Positions 25,895-34,886 of a stretch of DNA of 41,870 bases are shown here, piece by piece. This DNA comes from Oscillospiraceae bacterium. GTDB lineage: Bacteria > Bacillota > Clostridia > Oscillospirales > CAG-272. Every line of letters begins with the position of its first letter. The first letter of the stretch is position 1. The position numbers and the translations under genes are program-made. The stretch lies in assembly GCA_015064925.1 (NCBI GenBank), contig SVRH01000002.1:1-41870 (forward strand). Reading direction: 5' to 3'. The notes under the pieces are model-generated. The model did no database searches, was not told where the DNA came from, and saw only the letters and a program-made list of their open reading frames with translations.

Positions 25895-26434
25895 TTATTT
25901 ACCGGCCTTGCCGGACTTACGACGAATTACTTCGTCAACGTACTTCACGCCCTTGCCCAGATAGGGTTCAGGAGGTCTCTTCTCACGGATCTGAGCAGCG
26001 ATCTGTCCGACCTTCTGCTTGTCTGCACCGTGAACGATGATGGTGTTGGCATTCGGAACTTCGAATGTGATGCCATCCTTCTCTTCGAAGCTGATACCGT
26101 GGGAGTAGCCCAGAGACAGCTGCAGAACGTTGCCCTGCTTTGCGGCTCTGTAACCGACACCTACGATGTCAAGCTGCTTCTTGTAGCCTTCGGAAACACC
26201 CACAACCATGTTGTTTACCAGAGTTCTGGTCAGGCCGTGGAGGCTCTTGTGTTCCTTTTCATCCGAGGGACGCTCTACCACAACGGTAGCACCTTCCGTG
26301 CGGATGATCATATCGGGGTGCATGGTCTGCACCAAGGTTCCCTTGGGGCCCTTTACGGTAACGACGTTACCTGCTGCAACGGACACCTCAACACCGGCGG
26401 GAACAGTTACTGCAATTCTACCAATTCTAGACAT
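25895..26434 (-). CDS. rplF: 50S ribosomal protein L6
   Basis: [32 protein letters not shown].. Confidence 0.97.
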   Translation of the reverse strand: MSRIGRIAVTVPAGVEVSVAAGNVVTVKGPKGTLVQTMHPDMIIRTEGATVVVERPSDEKEHKSLHGLTRTLVNNMVVGVSEGYKKQLDIVGVGYRAAKQGNVLQLSLGYSHGISFEEKDGITFEVPNANTIIVHGADKQKVGQIAAQIREKRPPEPYLGKGVKYVDEVIRRKSGKAGK

Positions 26435-26455
26435 TGTAATTACCTTCCCTTCCGA

Positions 26456-26851
26456 TTACCATACGAAGGCGAGAATTTCGCCGCCTACGTTTGCTTTTCT
26501 TGCCTGCTTATCGGTCATGATTCCCTTAGAGGTGGAAACGATGGCGATACCCAGACCGTTCATAACCTTGGGCATATCCTCGCAGTTGGAGTAGATACGC
26601 AGACCGGGCTTGGAAACACGGCGCAGACCCTGGATGGCCTTCTGCTTACCTACGTACTTGAGGGTGATGCGGATGATACCCTGCTTGCCGTCCTCGATTA
26701 CCTGATAGCCCTTTACGTAGCCTTCAGCTACCAGGATATCAGCGATGGACTTCTTCATGTTGGATGCGGGAACATCCACGGTTTCGTGCTTTGCGTTGTT
26801 CGCGTTGCGGATTCTTGTGAGCATATCCGCAATTACGTCAGAAATTTGCAT
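26456..26851 (-). CDS. rpsH: 30S ribosomal protein S8
   Basis: ORF 26456..26857 ([20 protein letters not shown]..). GGAGG at 26860-26864 is only 2 nt from the first ATG but 8 nt from the ATG at 26849-26851, which I prefer. Confidence 0.95.
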   Translation of the reverse strand: MQISDVIADMLTRIRNANNAKHETVDVPASNMKKSIADILVAEGYVKGYQVIEDGKQGIIRITLKYVGKQKAIQGLRRVSKPGLRIYSNCEDMPKVMNGLGIAIVSTSKGIMTDKQARKANVGGEILAFVW

Positions 26852-27037
26852 ATTCATATCCTCCTTTATGCAAGTTTGTTTGTCTTGCTGCCTGCACCGC
26901 GGCTTAGCTTTCGCCGCAGGCCCTTCGGACCCACCGTCATTGACGCGCCGAATTTGCAGGCTGCCCGCCGATGGTTAAATCTTAATATTTCCTATCGGCA
27001 TCCGGAGATTCGGATCAATAATTTGTTTGTTTCCCGA

Positions 27038-27223
27038 TTACCAGGAAGCCTTCTTCACACCGGGAATCTCGCCCTTGTATGCCAGCTCGCGGAAGCAGAT
27101 ACGGCAGATGCCGAACTTACGCATATAAGCATGAGGACGACCGCAGATCTTGCAACGGTTGTATTCTCTGGTAGAGTACTTCTGGGGAGCCTGCTGCTTC
27201 AGGATCATTGCCTTCTTTGCCAT
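27038..27223 (-). CDS. rpsN: 30S ribosomal protein S14 type Z (zinc-binding)
   Basis: 61 aa: ..[23 protein letters not shown].. ends in W. Confidence 0.97.
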   Translation of the reverse strand: MAKKAMILKQQAPQKYSTREYNRCKICGRPHAYMRKFGICRICFRELAYKGEIPGVKKASW

Positions 27224-27241
27224 TTTACAGTTCCTCCTTCA

Positions 27242-27781
27242 TTACTTTGCGAAAGGTGCGCCCATGAGGGTCAGCAGCTCTTTTGCTTCTTCGTCAGTGT
27301 TAGCGGTGGTAACGAATACGATATCCATACCACGCAGCTTTTCTACCTTGTCATACTCGATTTCGGGGAAGATCAACTGTTCCTTCAGGCCCAGTGCATA
27401 GTTGCCGCGGCCATCGAAGGCGTTGGGGTTGATACCCTTGAAGTCACGAACGCGGGGCAGAGCCAGGTTGAACAGTCTGTCCATGAATTCGTACATCTTT
27501 TCGCCGCGAAGGGTTACCTTCACGCCGATCTTCATGCCCTGACGGAGCTTGAAGTTTGCAACCGACTTTCTGGCATAGGTGGGAACGGCCTTCTGACCGG
27601 TGATAGCGGTGATATCGGTGATCACGCTGTCGATCGCCTTGCTGTTTTCCTTTGCGTCGCCGACACCAACGTTGATCACGATCTTGTCGAACTTAGGAAT
27701 CTGCATTACGCTCTTGTAAGCGAATTTGTTCATGAGGGCGGGAGCAACCTCGGATTTGTACATATCTCTGAGTCTAGACAT
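27242..27781 (-). CDS. rplE: 50S ribosomal protein L5
   Basis: [41 protein letters not shown].. Confidence 0.97.
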   Translation of the reverse strand: MSRLRDMYKSEVAPALMNKFAYKSVMQIPKFDKIVINVGVGDAKENSKAIDSVITDITAITGQKAVPTYARKSVANFKLRQGMKIGVKVTLRGEKMYEFMDRLFNLALPRVRDFKGINPNAFDGRGNYALGLKEQLIFPEIEYDKVEKLRGMDIVFVTTANTDEEAKELLTLMGAPFAK

Positions 27782-27795
27782 TTTCGAGTTCCTCC

Positions 27796-28110
27796 TTAGT
27801 CAAACTTGTGGCCGCAGCCCTTACCGGAGCATACGCGAACCTTTTTGTCGTTGATGATTTCCACATGGGTACGAACACCCTTCTTGCAGTTGGGGCAGTA
27901 CAGAGCCACCTTATCGGCGTAGATTGCACCTTCTACTTCCAGGATGCCACCGGTCTCGCCCTGACGGCGGGGCTTGGCATGCTTCTTCACAACGTGAACC
28001 TTGCTTACGATTACCTTGCCTTCTTCGGGAGATACGGCAATTACCTTACCGATCTTGCCCTTGTCAACACCGGAAATAACGATTACGTTATCATCTCTTC
28101 TAATAGACAT
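27796..28110 (-). CDS. rplX: 50S ribosomal protein L24 (with unusual C-terminal Cys4 cluster)
   Basis: [26 protein letters not shown].. is a KOW motif. The C-terminus is CPNC-x18-CSGKGC. Confidence 0.95.
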   Translation of the reverse strand: MSIRRDDNVIVISGVDKGKIGKVIAVSPEEGKVIVSKVHVVKKHAKPRRQGETGGILEVEGAIYADKVALYCPNCKKGVRTHVEIINDKKVRVCSGKGCGHKFD

Positions 28111-28124
28111 ATTTCGTTACCTCC

Positions 28125-28493
28125 TTACAGTACTTCGGGAGCCAGAGACAGGATCTTCAGATAATCCTTCTCACGGAGCTCTCTTGCTACCGGCCCAAAG
28201 ATACGGGTACCCTTGGGGTTCTTGTCTTCCTTGATGATAACTGCTGCGTTATCATCGAAACGAATGTAAGAGCCGTCGGCACGCTTGATGCCCTTTACGC
28301 TTCTTACGATTACAGCCTTAACAACGTCGCCCTTCTTCACCTGTCCGCCGGGAGCTGCCTTCTTAACGGTAGCAACTACCACGTCGCCGATATTGGCATA
28401 TCTTCTGCCGGTACCGCCGAGCACGCGGATGCACATGAGTTCCTTGGCGCCTGTGTTGTCGGCAACTTTCATATAAGATTGCTGTTGAATCAC
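28125..28493 (-). CDS. rplN: 50S ribosomal protein L14
   Basis: [27 protein letters not shown].. Confidence 0.97.
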   Translation of the reverse strand: MIQQQSYMKVADNTGAKELMCIRVLGGTGRRYANIGDVVVATVKKAAPGGQVKKGDVVKAVIVRSVKGIKRADGSYIRFDDNAAVIIKEDKNPKGTRIFGPVARELREKDYLKILSLAPEVL

Positions 28494-28539
28494 AGTGCTA
28501 ATCCTCCTTATTCAATACGGACTTTGTCGTACCTACTGA

Positions 28540-28806
28540 TTATTTAGCTTTTTCGATAACGGTTACCAGTCTCCATCTCTTGGTCTTGGACAGGGGTCTG
28601 GTCTCCATTACTTCTACGGTATCGCCCACGGTGCATTCGTTGTTTTCATCGTGTGCGTGAATCTTGATGGTTCTGTTCATAACCTTACCAAAGAGGGGAT
28701 GCTTTACCTTGTCGGCAATGGCAACCACGATGGTCTTGTCCATCTTGTTGGACACAACCTTACCTACTCTGGTCTTACGCAGATTGCGTGCATTTACTTC
28801 ACTCAT
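28540..28806 (-). CDS. rpsQ: 30S ribosomal protein S17
   Basis: ..[27 protein letters not shown].. Confidence 0.97.
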   Translation of the reverse strand: MSEVNARNLRKTRVGKVVSNKMDKTIVVAIADKVKHPLFGKVMNRTIKIHAHDENNECTVGDTVEVMETRPLSKTKRWRLVTVIEKAK

Positions 28807-28824
28807 GACTTATCTCCTTTCGGT

Positions 28825-29013
28825 TTACGCGTTCTTTTCCTGAAGAACGGTCATCACACGTGCGATATCTTTCTTCACAGCGGTGATCTTGTGGGGATTG
28901 TCGAGCTGGTTGATGGCAAGCTGGAAACGGAGATTGAACAGTTCTTCCTTGAGTTCCTTGAGCTTGGCTTCCAGCTGTTCGGAAGTCAGTTCTCTGATTT
29001 CTTTTGCTTTCAC
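28825..29013 (-). CDS. rpmC: 50S ribosomal protein L29
   Basis: [31 protein letters not shown].. Confidence 0.97.
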   Translation of the reverse strand: MKAKEIRELTSEQLEAKLKELKEELFNLRFQLAINQLDNPHKITAVKKDIARVMTVLQEKNA

Positions 29014-29016
29014 TGC

Positions 29017-29439
29017 TTATACCTCCTCGGTTTGTTCCTTGGCAACAAACTTGCACTTGATGGGCAGCTTGTGGGAAGCAAGACGCATAGCTTCCTTAGC
29101 CACATCAGGCGCAACGCCGTCCATCTCAAACATGATTCTGCCGGGCTTGACAACTGCTACCCAGTATTCGGGCGAACCCTTACCGGAACCCATTCGGGTT
29201 TCAGCAGGCTTTTCTGTGATGGGCTTATCGGGGAAAATCTTGATCCATACCTGACCGCCACGCTTGATGTAACGGGTCATTGCGATACGGGCTGCTTCGA
29301 TCTGGTTGCTGGTGATCCATGCGGGCTCCAGTGCAACGAGGCCGTAGGAACCGTTGGTAATGGTGTTACCTCTGGTTGCCTTTCCCTTCAGTCTTCCGCG
29401 CTGAACTCTGCGGAATTTAACTCTCTTGGGCATTAACAT
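29017..29439 (-). CDS. rplP: 50S ribosomal protein L16
   Basis: [25 protein letters not shown].. Confidence 0.97.
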   Translation of the reverse strand: MLMPKRVKFRRVQRGRLKGKATRGNTITNGSYGLVALEPAWITSNQIEAARIAMTRYIKRGGQVWIKIFPDKPITEKPAETRMGSGKGSPEYWVAVVKPGRIMFEMDGVAPDVAKEAMRLASHKLPIKCKFVAKEQTEEV

Positions 29440-30266
29440 TATTTATTGCCCCCTTCCTTGTTCGCGGGCTTGTTGCCGCCGAAACGGCGTTCGCCGCCGG
29501 GACGACGGTCGCCTGCGGGACGACGGTCACCATTGTTTCTGCGGTCGCCTCTGCGATCGTTTCTGCGATCGCCTCTGCGATCGTTTCTCTGGGGAACCTG
29601 TTCCTGAGGACGGTAGGTGGTGAAGTGCTTCTTCACGTCCGGCAGAACTTCGCCCTTGAAGATCCATACCTTAACACCGATCTTACCGTAGGTGGTGTTT
29701 GCTTCCCAGAAGCCGTACTCGATGTCTGCACGGATGGTCTGCAGCGGGATGGTACCCTCGTGATAGTGTTCGGTTCTTGCGATTTCAGCACCGCCCAGAC
29801 GGCCGGATACTGCAACCTTGATACCCTTCGCACCCAGTCTCATGGTGCGACCGATTGCCTGCTTCATAGCACGGCGGAAGGAAGTTCTCTTTTCCAGCTG
29901 CAGCGCGATGTTCTCTGCTACCAGCTGAGCGTTCATGTCGGGAACCTTTACTTCCATTACGTTGATAGCAACGGGCTTACCAACGATTGCTTCTACTTCT
30001 GCACGCAGCTTTTCGATTTCAGCACCGCCGCGACCGATCACCAGACCGGGCTTTGCGCAGTGGATGAATACCTTAACTCTGTGAGCATCTCTTTCGATCT
30101 CAATCTTGGGGATGCCTGCTTCCTGCAGCTTGGACTTCAGATATTTTCTGACTTTGTTATCAGATACGAGAGTGTCGCCGAATGTTTCATCGGATGCGAA
30201 CCATCTCGAATCCCAGTTCTTAATAACTCCCACACGAAGACCGTGAGGATTTACTTTCTGACCCAT
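29439..30266 (-). CDS. rpsC: 30S ribosomal protein S3 with about 58-aa Arg/Asp/Gly-rich C-terminal extension
   Basis: [23 protein letters not shown].. is the core S3. The tail is ..[48 protein letters not shown]. Confidence 0.96.
   Translation of the reverse strand: MGQKVNPHGLRVGVIKNWDSRWFASDETFGDTLVSDNKVRKYLKSKLQEAGIPKIEIERDAHRVKVFIHCAKPGLVIGRGGAEIEKLRAEVEAIVGKPVAINVMEVKVPDMNAQLVAENIALQLEKRTSFRRAMKQAIGRTMRLGAKGIKVAVSGRLGGAEIARTEHYHEGTIPLQTIRADIEYGFWEANTTYGKIGVKVWIFKGEVLPDVKKHFTTYRPQEQVPQRNDRRGDRRNDRRGDRRNNGDRRPAGDRRPGGERRFGGNKPANKEGGNK
29499..29585. repeat. short tandem repeats encoding the GDRR-type tail of S3
   Basis: gggacgacggtc occurs at 29499 and 29517. tctgcgRtcgYY occurs four times across 29538-29585. 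Confidence 0.8.
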
Positions 30267-30286
30267 GAATCTTTAACCTCCTTTTC

Positions 30287-30622
30287 TTAGTCTCTTTCTT
30301 TTACCGCGATGGTTACGTGGCTGGTTCTTTTCAGAATGCGGTCTGCGCTTCCTCTTGCTCTGGGCATCATTCTTTTCAGAGTGGGGCCGGGGCATACAAA
30401 GCATTCAGATACATACAGCTTGCTCTTATCCATGCCGAAGTTGTTTTCAGCATTTGCAACTGCAGAATTCAGAAGCTTGATAAGATATTCAGAAGCTGAC
30501 TTGTGGGTGTTCTTCAGAATACCCATTGCCTCATCTGCGTTCTTGCCGCGGATCAGGTCCAGCACAATGCACACCTTGCGGGGAGAAATTCTAGCATATT
30601 TCAGATACGCTCTTGCTTCCAT
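30287..30622 (-). CDS. rplV: 50S ribosomal protein L22
   Basis: MEARAYLKYARISPRKVCIVLDLIRGK.. Confidence 0.97.
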   Translation of the reverse strand: MEARAYLKYARISPRKVCIVLDLIRGKNADEAMGILKNTHKSASEYLIKLLNSAVANAENNFGMDKSKLYVSECFVCPGPTLKRMMPRARGSADRILKRTSHVTIAVKERD

Positions 30623-30665
30623 TTGTAATTGCCTCCCTTCGCCTTATTTGCGAAATTCTACTTTC

Positions 30666-30947
30666 TTATTTACCGTTGTTGGATGTTTTGGAACCTGCGT
30701 GACCCTTGAAGGTTCTGGTGGGTGCGAATTCACCCAGCTTGTGTCCCACCATGTCTTCGGTGACATATACCGGAACGTGCTTCTTGCCGTCGTGTACGGC
30801 AATGGTGTGTCCCACAAATTCCGGGAAAATAGTGGAAGCTCTCGACCAGGTCTTGATCACTCTTTTCTCGCCGGCGTTGTTCATAGCCACAATGCGGCCA
30901 AACAGCTTCGCTTCGACAAAAGGTCCTTTTTTAAGGCTTCTGCTCAT
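30666..30947 (-). CDS. rpsS: 30S ribosomal protein S19
   Basis: [15 protein letters not shown]..,..[29 protein letters not shown].. Confidence 0.97.
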   Translation of the reverse strand: MSRSLKKGPFVEAKLFGRIVAMNNAGEKRVIKTWSRASTIFPEFVGHTIAVHDGKKHVPVYVTEDMVGHKLGEFAPTRTFKGHAGSKTSNNGK

Positions 30948-30965
30948 ATCATTTGTCTCCTTCCA

Positions 30966-31796
30966 TTACTTTCCGTTTCTGCGTTTTACGATGAACTTAT
31001 CGGTTCTTGCCTTCTTGTTACGGGTCTTGTAACCCAGAGCAGGCTTGCCCCAAGGTGTAACAGGGCCGGGACGACCGATGGGGGATCTACCTTCACCACC
31101 ACCGTGGGGGTGATCACAGGGGTTCATTACGGAACCGCGAACGGTAGGACGGATACCCTTATGACGAGTCTTACCTGCCTTACCAACCTTGACCGTATCG
31201 TGCTCGATGTTGCCAATCTGACCGATGGTTGCCTTGCAATCCAGACGAACCAGACGAACCTCACCGGAGGGAAGACGAACCTGAGCCATGCCGTTTGCCT
31301 TTGCCATCAGCTGCGCTGCAGCACCTGCGGAACGAACCAGCTGGCCGCCCTTGCCGGGGTAGAGCTCGATGTTGTTGATCATGGTACCAACGGGGATGTT
31401 GGCGATGGGCAGAGTGTTACCGGGCTTGATGTCAGCATCGGCTGCGCTGTAGATCACGTCGCCGTCGGTCAGACCAACGGGAGCCAGAATGTAGCTTCTG
31501 GTGCCATCTTCGTATTCTACCAGTGCAATGTAAGCGGTTCTGTTGGGGTCGTACTCAACGCCGATTACCTTTGCTGCGCCTTCAGTCTGACGCTTGAAGT
31601 CGATAATTCTGTACTTCTTCTTGTTACCGCCGCCGTGATGACGAACGGTGATGCGACCGTAGCTGTTACGGCCTGCCTTGCTTTTCAGGGTAACTGTCAG
31701 CTTCTTTTCGGGGCTGAACTTGGTTACTTCCTCGAAGGAAGGAACGGTCATGCCTCTTCTACCGGGAGTGGTAGGCTTATAAATCTTTACTGCCAT
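30966..31796 (-). CDS. rplB: 50S ribosomal protein L2
   Basis: [17 protein letters not shown].., ..[15 protein letters not shown].. Confidence 0.97.
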   Translation of the reverse strand: MAVKIYKPTTPGRRGMTVPSFEEVTKFSPEKKLTVTLKSKAGRNSYGRITVRHHGGGNKKKYRIIDFKRQTEGAAKVIGVEYDPNRTAYIALVEYEDGTRSYILAPVGLTDGDVIYSAADADIKPGNTLPIANIPVGTMINNIELYPGKGGQLVRSAGAAAQLMAKANGMAQVRLPSGEVRLVRLDCKATIGQIGNIEHDTVKVGKAGKTRHKGIRPTVRGSVMNPCDHPHGGGEGRSPIGRPGPVTPWGKPALGYKTRNKKARTDKFIVKRRNGK

Positions 31797-31813
31797 GTTA
31801 CTTCACTCCTTCC

Positions 31814-32110
31814 TTACATCATACCCTCGAAGAACTCGATGGTCTTGGAGTCAGCGGTCAGAGTAACGATCGCTTTCTTCCATGCGGAGGTGTAACCCTC
31901 GTTCATGCCGAGTCTCTTGGGCTTTCTCTTCATGTTGATTACGTTGACGCTGGCAACCTTTACCTTGAAGGCTTCCTCAACCGCCTTAGCGATCTCGGGC
32001 TTGGTTGCGCTCTTTGCTACCTCGAAGGTGTACTTCTTTTCGGTAGCGATTCTTGCCATACTGTCCTCGGTAATAACGGGACGGATGATAATATCGTAAG
32101 ATGTTTTCAT
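31814..32110 (-). CDS. rplW: 50S ribosomal protein L23
   Basis: [24 protein letters not shown].. Confidence 0.96.
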   Translation of the reverse strand: MKTSYDIIIRPVITEDSMARIATEKKYTFEVAKSATKPEIAKAVEEAFKVKVASVNVINMKRKPKRLGMNEGYTSAWKKAIVTLTADSKTIEFFEGMM

Positions 32111-32823
32111 GCTCCGTATACCTCCTCGAGCTTCTTGACAGCGGCTTCGGTGATGATCACCTTTTCAGCGTTCAGGATCTCGTAAACGTTGATCGTGCTG
32201 CTGAGGGTGGTGGTTGCGGTGGGGATGTTTGCGCAGCTCTTTACTACCTTTGCATCTACTGCATCGGTTACGATCAGGGTCTTGGCAGCTACCTTGTGCT
32301 CTGCACTCTTCACTGCGCTTACCTTTTCGCCTGCTTCGTTCTTTTCCCAAACCTTATAGTTGTTGGAAACAGTCTTGGTTGCACCCAGAGCTTCCAGCAT
32401 AGCGACCATGGTCTTGGTCTTGAACTCGGTTGCCTGGATGGAGTCAACAACCACCAGCGCGTTGTTTGCTACCTTATCGGACAGTGCGCTGACCATTGCT
32501 ACCCGCTTAGTCTTCTTGTTGAGATTGATGCGATAGGTTCTGGGCTTGGGGCCGAGAGCGATACCGCCGTGTGTCCACTGGGGAGCTCTGGTAGAACCCT
32601 GTCTTGCTCTACCGGTTCCCTTCTGTCTCCAGGGTTTCTTACCGCCACCGGAAACTTCGGTGCGGGTCAGAGTGGACTGAGTACCCTGTCTCTGATTCAT
32701 CAGATAGGCTCTGACTGCGGAATGAAGAACTGCGCCGTTTACTTCTGCGCCGAACACTTTGTCAGACAGTTCGATCTGGCCGACTTCCGCGCCTTGCATA
32801 TTCAAAATCTTTACGTTAGGCAT
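32107..32823 (-). CDS. rplD: 50S ribosomal protein L4 (about 30-aa internal insertion)
   Basis: ..[27 protein letters not shown].. The ORF is 238 aa, against about 207 aa remembered for Bacillus L4. Confidence 0.96.
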   Translation of the reverse strand: MPNVKILNMQGAEVGQIELSDKVFGAEVNGAVLHSAVRAYLMNQRQGTQSTLTRTEVSGGGKKPWRQKGTGRARQGSTRAPQWTHGGIALGPKPRTYRINLNKKTKRVAMVSALSDKVANNALVVVDSIQATEFKTKTMVAMLEALGATKTVSNNYKVWEKNEAGEKVSAVKSAEHKVAAKTLIVTDAVDAKVVKSCANIPTATTTLSSTINVYEILNAEKVIITEAAVKKLEEVYGA

Positions 32824-32841
32824 CGTGTGTCCTCCTTCCGA

Positions 32842-33471
32842 TTATGCTTTTACAGCGTTGCGGATGAATACGATACCGCCCTTGGCACCGGGAACGGCAC
32901 CCTTTACGGCGATCAGATTCTTTTCCGCGTCGATTTTTACTACTTCCAGGTTCAGAACGGTGACCTGTTCGTTACCGTACTGACCGGGCATCTTCTTGTT
33001 CTTAAAGATTCTCGCAGGGTCGATAACACCCATAGAACCGGGCTGACGGTGGATAGGGCCGGTACCGTGAGTCATGCGAAGGATCGCAGTTCCCCATCTC
33101 TTAACAGTACCCGAATATCCGCGACCTTTGGTCACACCGGTAATGTCGACCTTTTCACCTGCCGCAAAGATGTCAGCGGTGACGGTTTCGCCAATGCTGT
33201 AACCGGAGATGTCCTCCAGACGGAATTCCTTCAGGTGCTTCTTGGGAGCACTGCCTGCCTTCTTGAAGTGACCTGCAGCAGGCTTGTTTGTGTGTTTTGC
33301 AGCCAGATCCTGGAAGCCCAGCTGAATGGCTTCGTAGCCGTCGGTCTCCACAGTCTTGATCTGTGTTACCGCGCAGGGACCTGCCTCAATTACGGTTACG
33401 GGAATGGCATTTCCCACTTCATCGAAGATCTGAGTCATACCGATCTTCTTGCCAATGATACCCTTTTTCAT
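32842..33471 (-). CDS. rplC: 50S ribosomal protein L3
   Basis: [33 protein letters not shown].. Confidence 0.97.
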   Translation of the reverse strand: MKKGIIGKKIGMTQIFDEVGNAIPVTVIEAGPCAVTQIKTVETDGYEAIQLGFQDLAAKHTNKPAAGHFKKAGSAPKKHLKEFRLEDISGYSIGETVTADIFAAGEKVDITGVTKGRGYSGTVKRWGTAILRMTHGTGPIHRQPGSMGVIDPARIFKNKKMPGQYGNEQVTVLNLEVVKIDAEKNLIAVKGAVPGAKGGIVFIRNAVKA

Positions 33472-33570
33472 GATTTTGTTCCTCCTGTTTTAGTTATTGG
33501 TTGACGGACGGGTACCCGCCAACATGACATAAAACTTTCTGTCGCGTGGTAGAAAGCGTAAGCTGCTTGA

Positions 33571-33882
33571 TCAAAGCTTAACTTCCAGTTCCACACCGGC
33601 GGGAAGTTCGAGACCGGAAATAGCATCCACAACCTTCTGTGTGGGCTTAACGATGTCAATCAGTCTCTTGTGAGTGCGAAGCTCAAACTGTTCGCGGCTG
33701 TCCTTATACTTGTGGACTGCACGCAGGATGGTTACGACTTCCTTTTCGGTGGGAAGCGGAATGGGACCGGATACGGTAGCGCCGTTTCTCTTGGCTGCTT
33801 CCACGATCTTTTCTGCCGCCTGATCGATCAGGGTGTGGTCATAGCTCTTCAGCTTGATTCTCAGTGTTTCCTTAACTGCCAC
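33571..33882 (-). CDS. rpsJ: 30S ribosomal protein S10
   Basis: GTG start (33880-33882), with GGAGG 9 nt upstream. [35 protein letters not shown].. Confidence 0.97.
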   Translation of the reverse strand: MAVKETLRIKLKSYDHTLIDQAAEKIVEAAKRNGATVSGPIPLPTEKEVVTILRAVHKYKDSREQFELRTHKRLIDIVKPTQKVVDAISGLELPAGVELEVKL

Positions 33883-34134
33883 TTTGTTTTGCCTCCTTTT
33901 ATATTTTGGGGCGTGGGAACCGCTCTACGACCGCATTTTCTCAATACACTTTCCCGTGTGTTTCACGGTGCTTCCTTAAGAAAACCGAATTTCGGGGCAT
34001 GGGTTCACTGCTACGAAATCCGGGTCGAATGGATAGGTTCATTCTTTGTTCGCCCGTTCTACGGACATACTCCACGAAAATTCCCTGCGGCACTGCGCAG
34101 CAACCTTTCGCTTCATCGCACATCAAGCCTTGCC

Positions 34135-34163
34135 AGTATACCATATGCACAATTTTTTGTCAA
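34135..34163 (-). promoter_or_regulatory. consensus sigma-A promoter of the S10-spc-alpha super-operon
   Basis: Minus strand reads TTGACA (34158-34163), a 17-nt spacer, then TGG-TATACT (-10 at 34135-34140). Implies a leader of about 245 nt before the rpsJ GTG. Confidence 0.6.
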
Positions 34164-34327
34164 TACTTTTGTGCAATATTTTTGAAAAAAATTTTGAAAT
34201 ATTTTCACAATTTACAATTTGTTCACAATTACACACTACGTCCCTTTTTCTGCCCTCATCCGCCGGACCGCTCTATGCAGTCTTTGCACCAATTATCATT
34301 TTTTGGTACATAAAATGTTTTTTGCTA

Positions 34328-34356
34328 TTGACATCCGATCGACAAAATGCTACAAT
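34328..34356 (+). promoter_or_regulatory. consensus sigma-A promoter of abrB
   Basis: TTGACA (34328-34333), a 17-nt spacer, then TACAAT (34351-34356). Sits 66 nt before the ATG at 34423. Confidence 0.65.
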
Positions 34357-34422
34357 ATTTATACAAAGTAAAATCACAATACCCTCGCGGTAAATTTATA
34401 ACAACAGGAGAGGTACATCAAC

Positions 34423-34671
34423 ATGAAATCTACCGGTATCGTTCGCCCCATTGACCAACTCGGCAGAGTCGTACTGCCCAAGGAACTGCGTGAAAACCTC
34501 GGCATCAGCCCCAAGGACAGTCTGGAGGTTTTCGTTGAAAACGAAAAGATCATCCTCAAGAAGTACGCCCCCAACTGCTGCTTCTGCGGCAACGACGAGG
34601 ATATGAACCTTTATCAGGGCAAGCTGATCTGCAAGGCGTGCATCCGCAAGCTCGCAGCCCTCGCTGAATAA
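34423..34671 (+). CDS. abrB: AbrB-family transition-state regulator (clostridial type with Cys-rich C-terminus)
   Basis: MKSTGIVRPIDQLGRVVLPKELRENLGISPKDSLEVFVENEKIILKKYAPNCCFCGN...KLICKACIRKL. GGAGAGG RBS. Confidence 0.9.
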   Translation: MKSTGIVRPIDQLGRVVLPKELRENLGISPKDSLEVFVENEKIILKKYAPNCCFCGNDEDMNLYQGKLICKACIRKLAALAE

Positions 34672-34677
34672 CAAGCA

Positions 34678-34706
34678 CAAAAGCTCCGCTTTGCGGAGCT
34701 TTTTTC
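34678..34706 (+). terminator. rho-independent terminator of abrB
   Basis: AAAAGCTCCGC-ttt-GCGGAGCTTTTTT. Confidence 0.8.
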
Positions 34707-34710
34707 GTGC

Positions 34711-34748
34711 AAACAAAAAGCAGACGGATTTTCCGTCTGCTTTTGTTT
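34711..34748 (-). terminator. rho-independent terminator of the F5/8-protein/micro-ORF unit
   Basis: GCAGACGG-aaaat-CCGTCTGC stem (34720-34740), followed on the minus strand by TTTTTGTTTG. Sits 5 nt after the micro-ORF stop. Confidence 0.8.
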
Positions 34749-34752
34749 TTAA

Positions 34753-34866
34753 TTACCACCCGATCTCGGGGATATTCGTAGAGTCTCCGGGGCTCAGTGT
34801 CAGAATGTCCGCTTCCTCAAAAAGAGTTACGTTTACTTCAGGAGCTTCAAATACTTTCTTTTCCAT
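34753..34866 (-). CDS. unannotated 37-aa micro-ORF, paralog of 15671..15781
   Basis: My reverse-complement translation gives MEKKVFEAPEVNVTLFEEADILTLSPGDSTNIPEIGW*. AAAGGAGA lies 8 nt upstream. The ORF starts 20 nt after the stop of 34887..36770. Confidence 0.8.
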   Translation of the reverse strand: MEKKVFEAPEVNVTLFEEADILTLSPGDSTNIPEIGW

Positions 34867-34886
34867 GTTTACAGTCTCCTTTCAAA

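Noticed and set aside
25571-27799. Very long plus-strand ORF (742 aa) and similar ones at 9187..10677(-), 15644..17623(+), 18295..19932(+), 22953..24368(+), 30309..31895(+), 32101..33504(+) and 34797..36791(+).
   Set aside because: Each is antisense to a confidently identified gene (ribosomal proteins, secY, surface proteins). Translations are low-complexity and rich in Gly, Val, Arg and His. None has an RBS. They are shadow ORFs typical of GC3-biased coding regions.
33941-34393. ORFs 33941..34150(-), 33906..34313(+) and 34046..34393(+) in the rpsJ-abrB intergenic region.
   Set aside because: They have no RBS, overlap the two divergent consensus promoters and the leader, and their translations look random.
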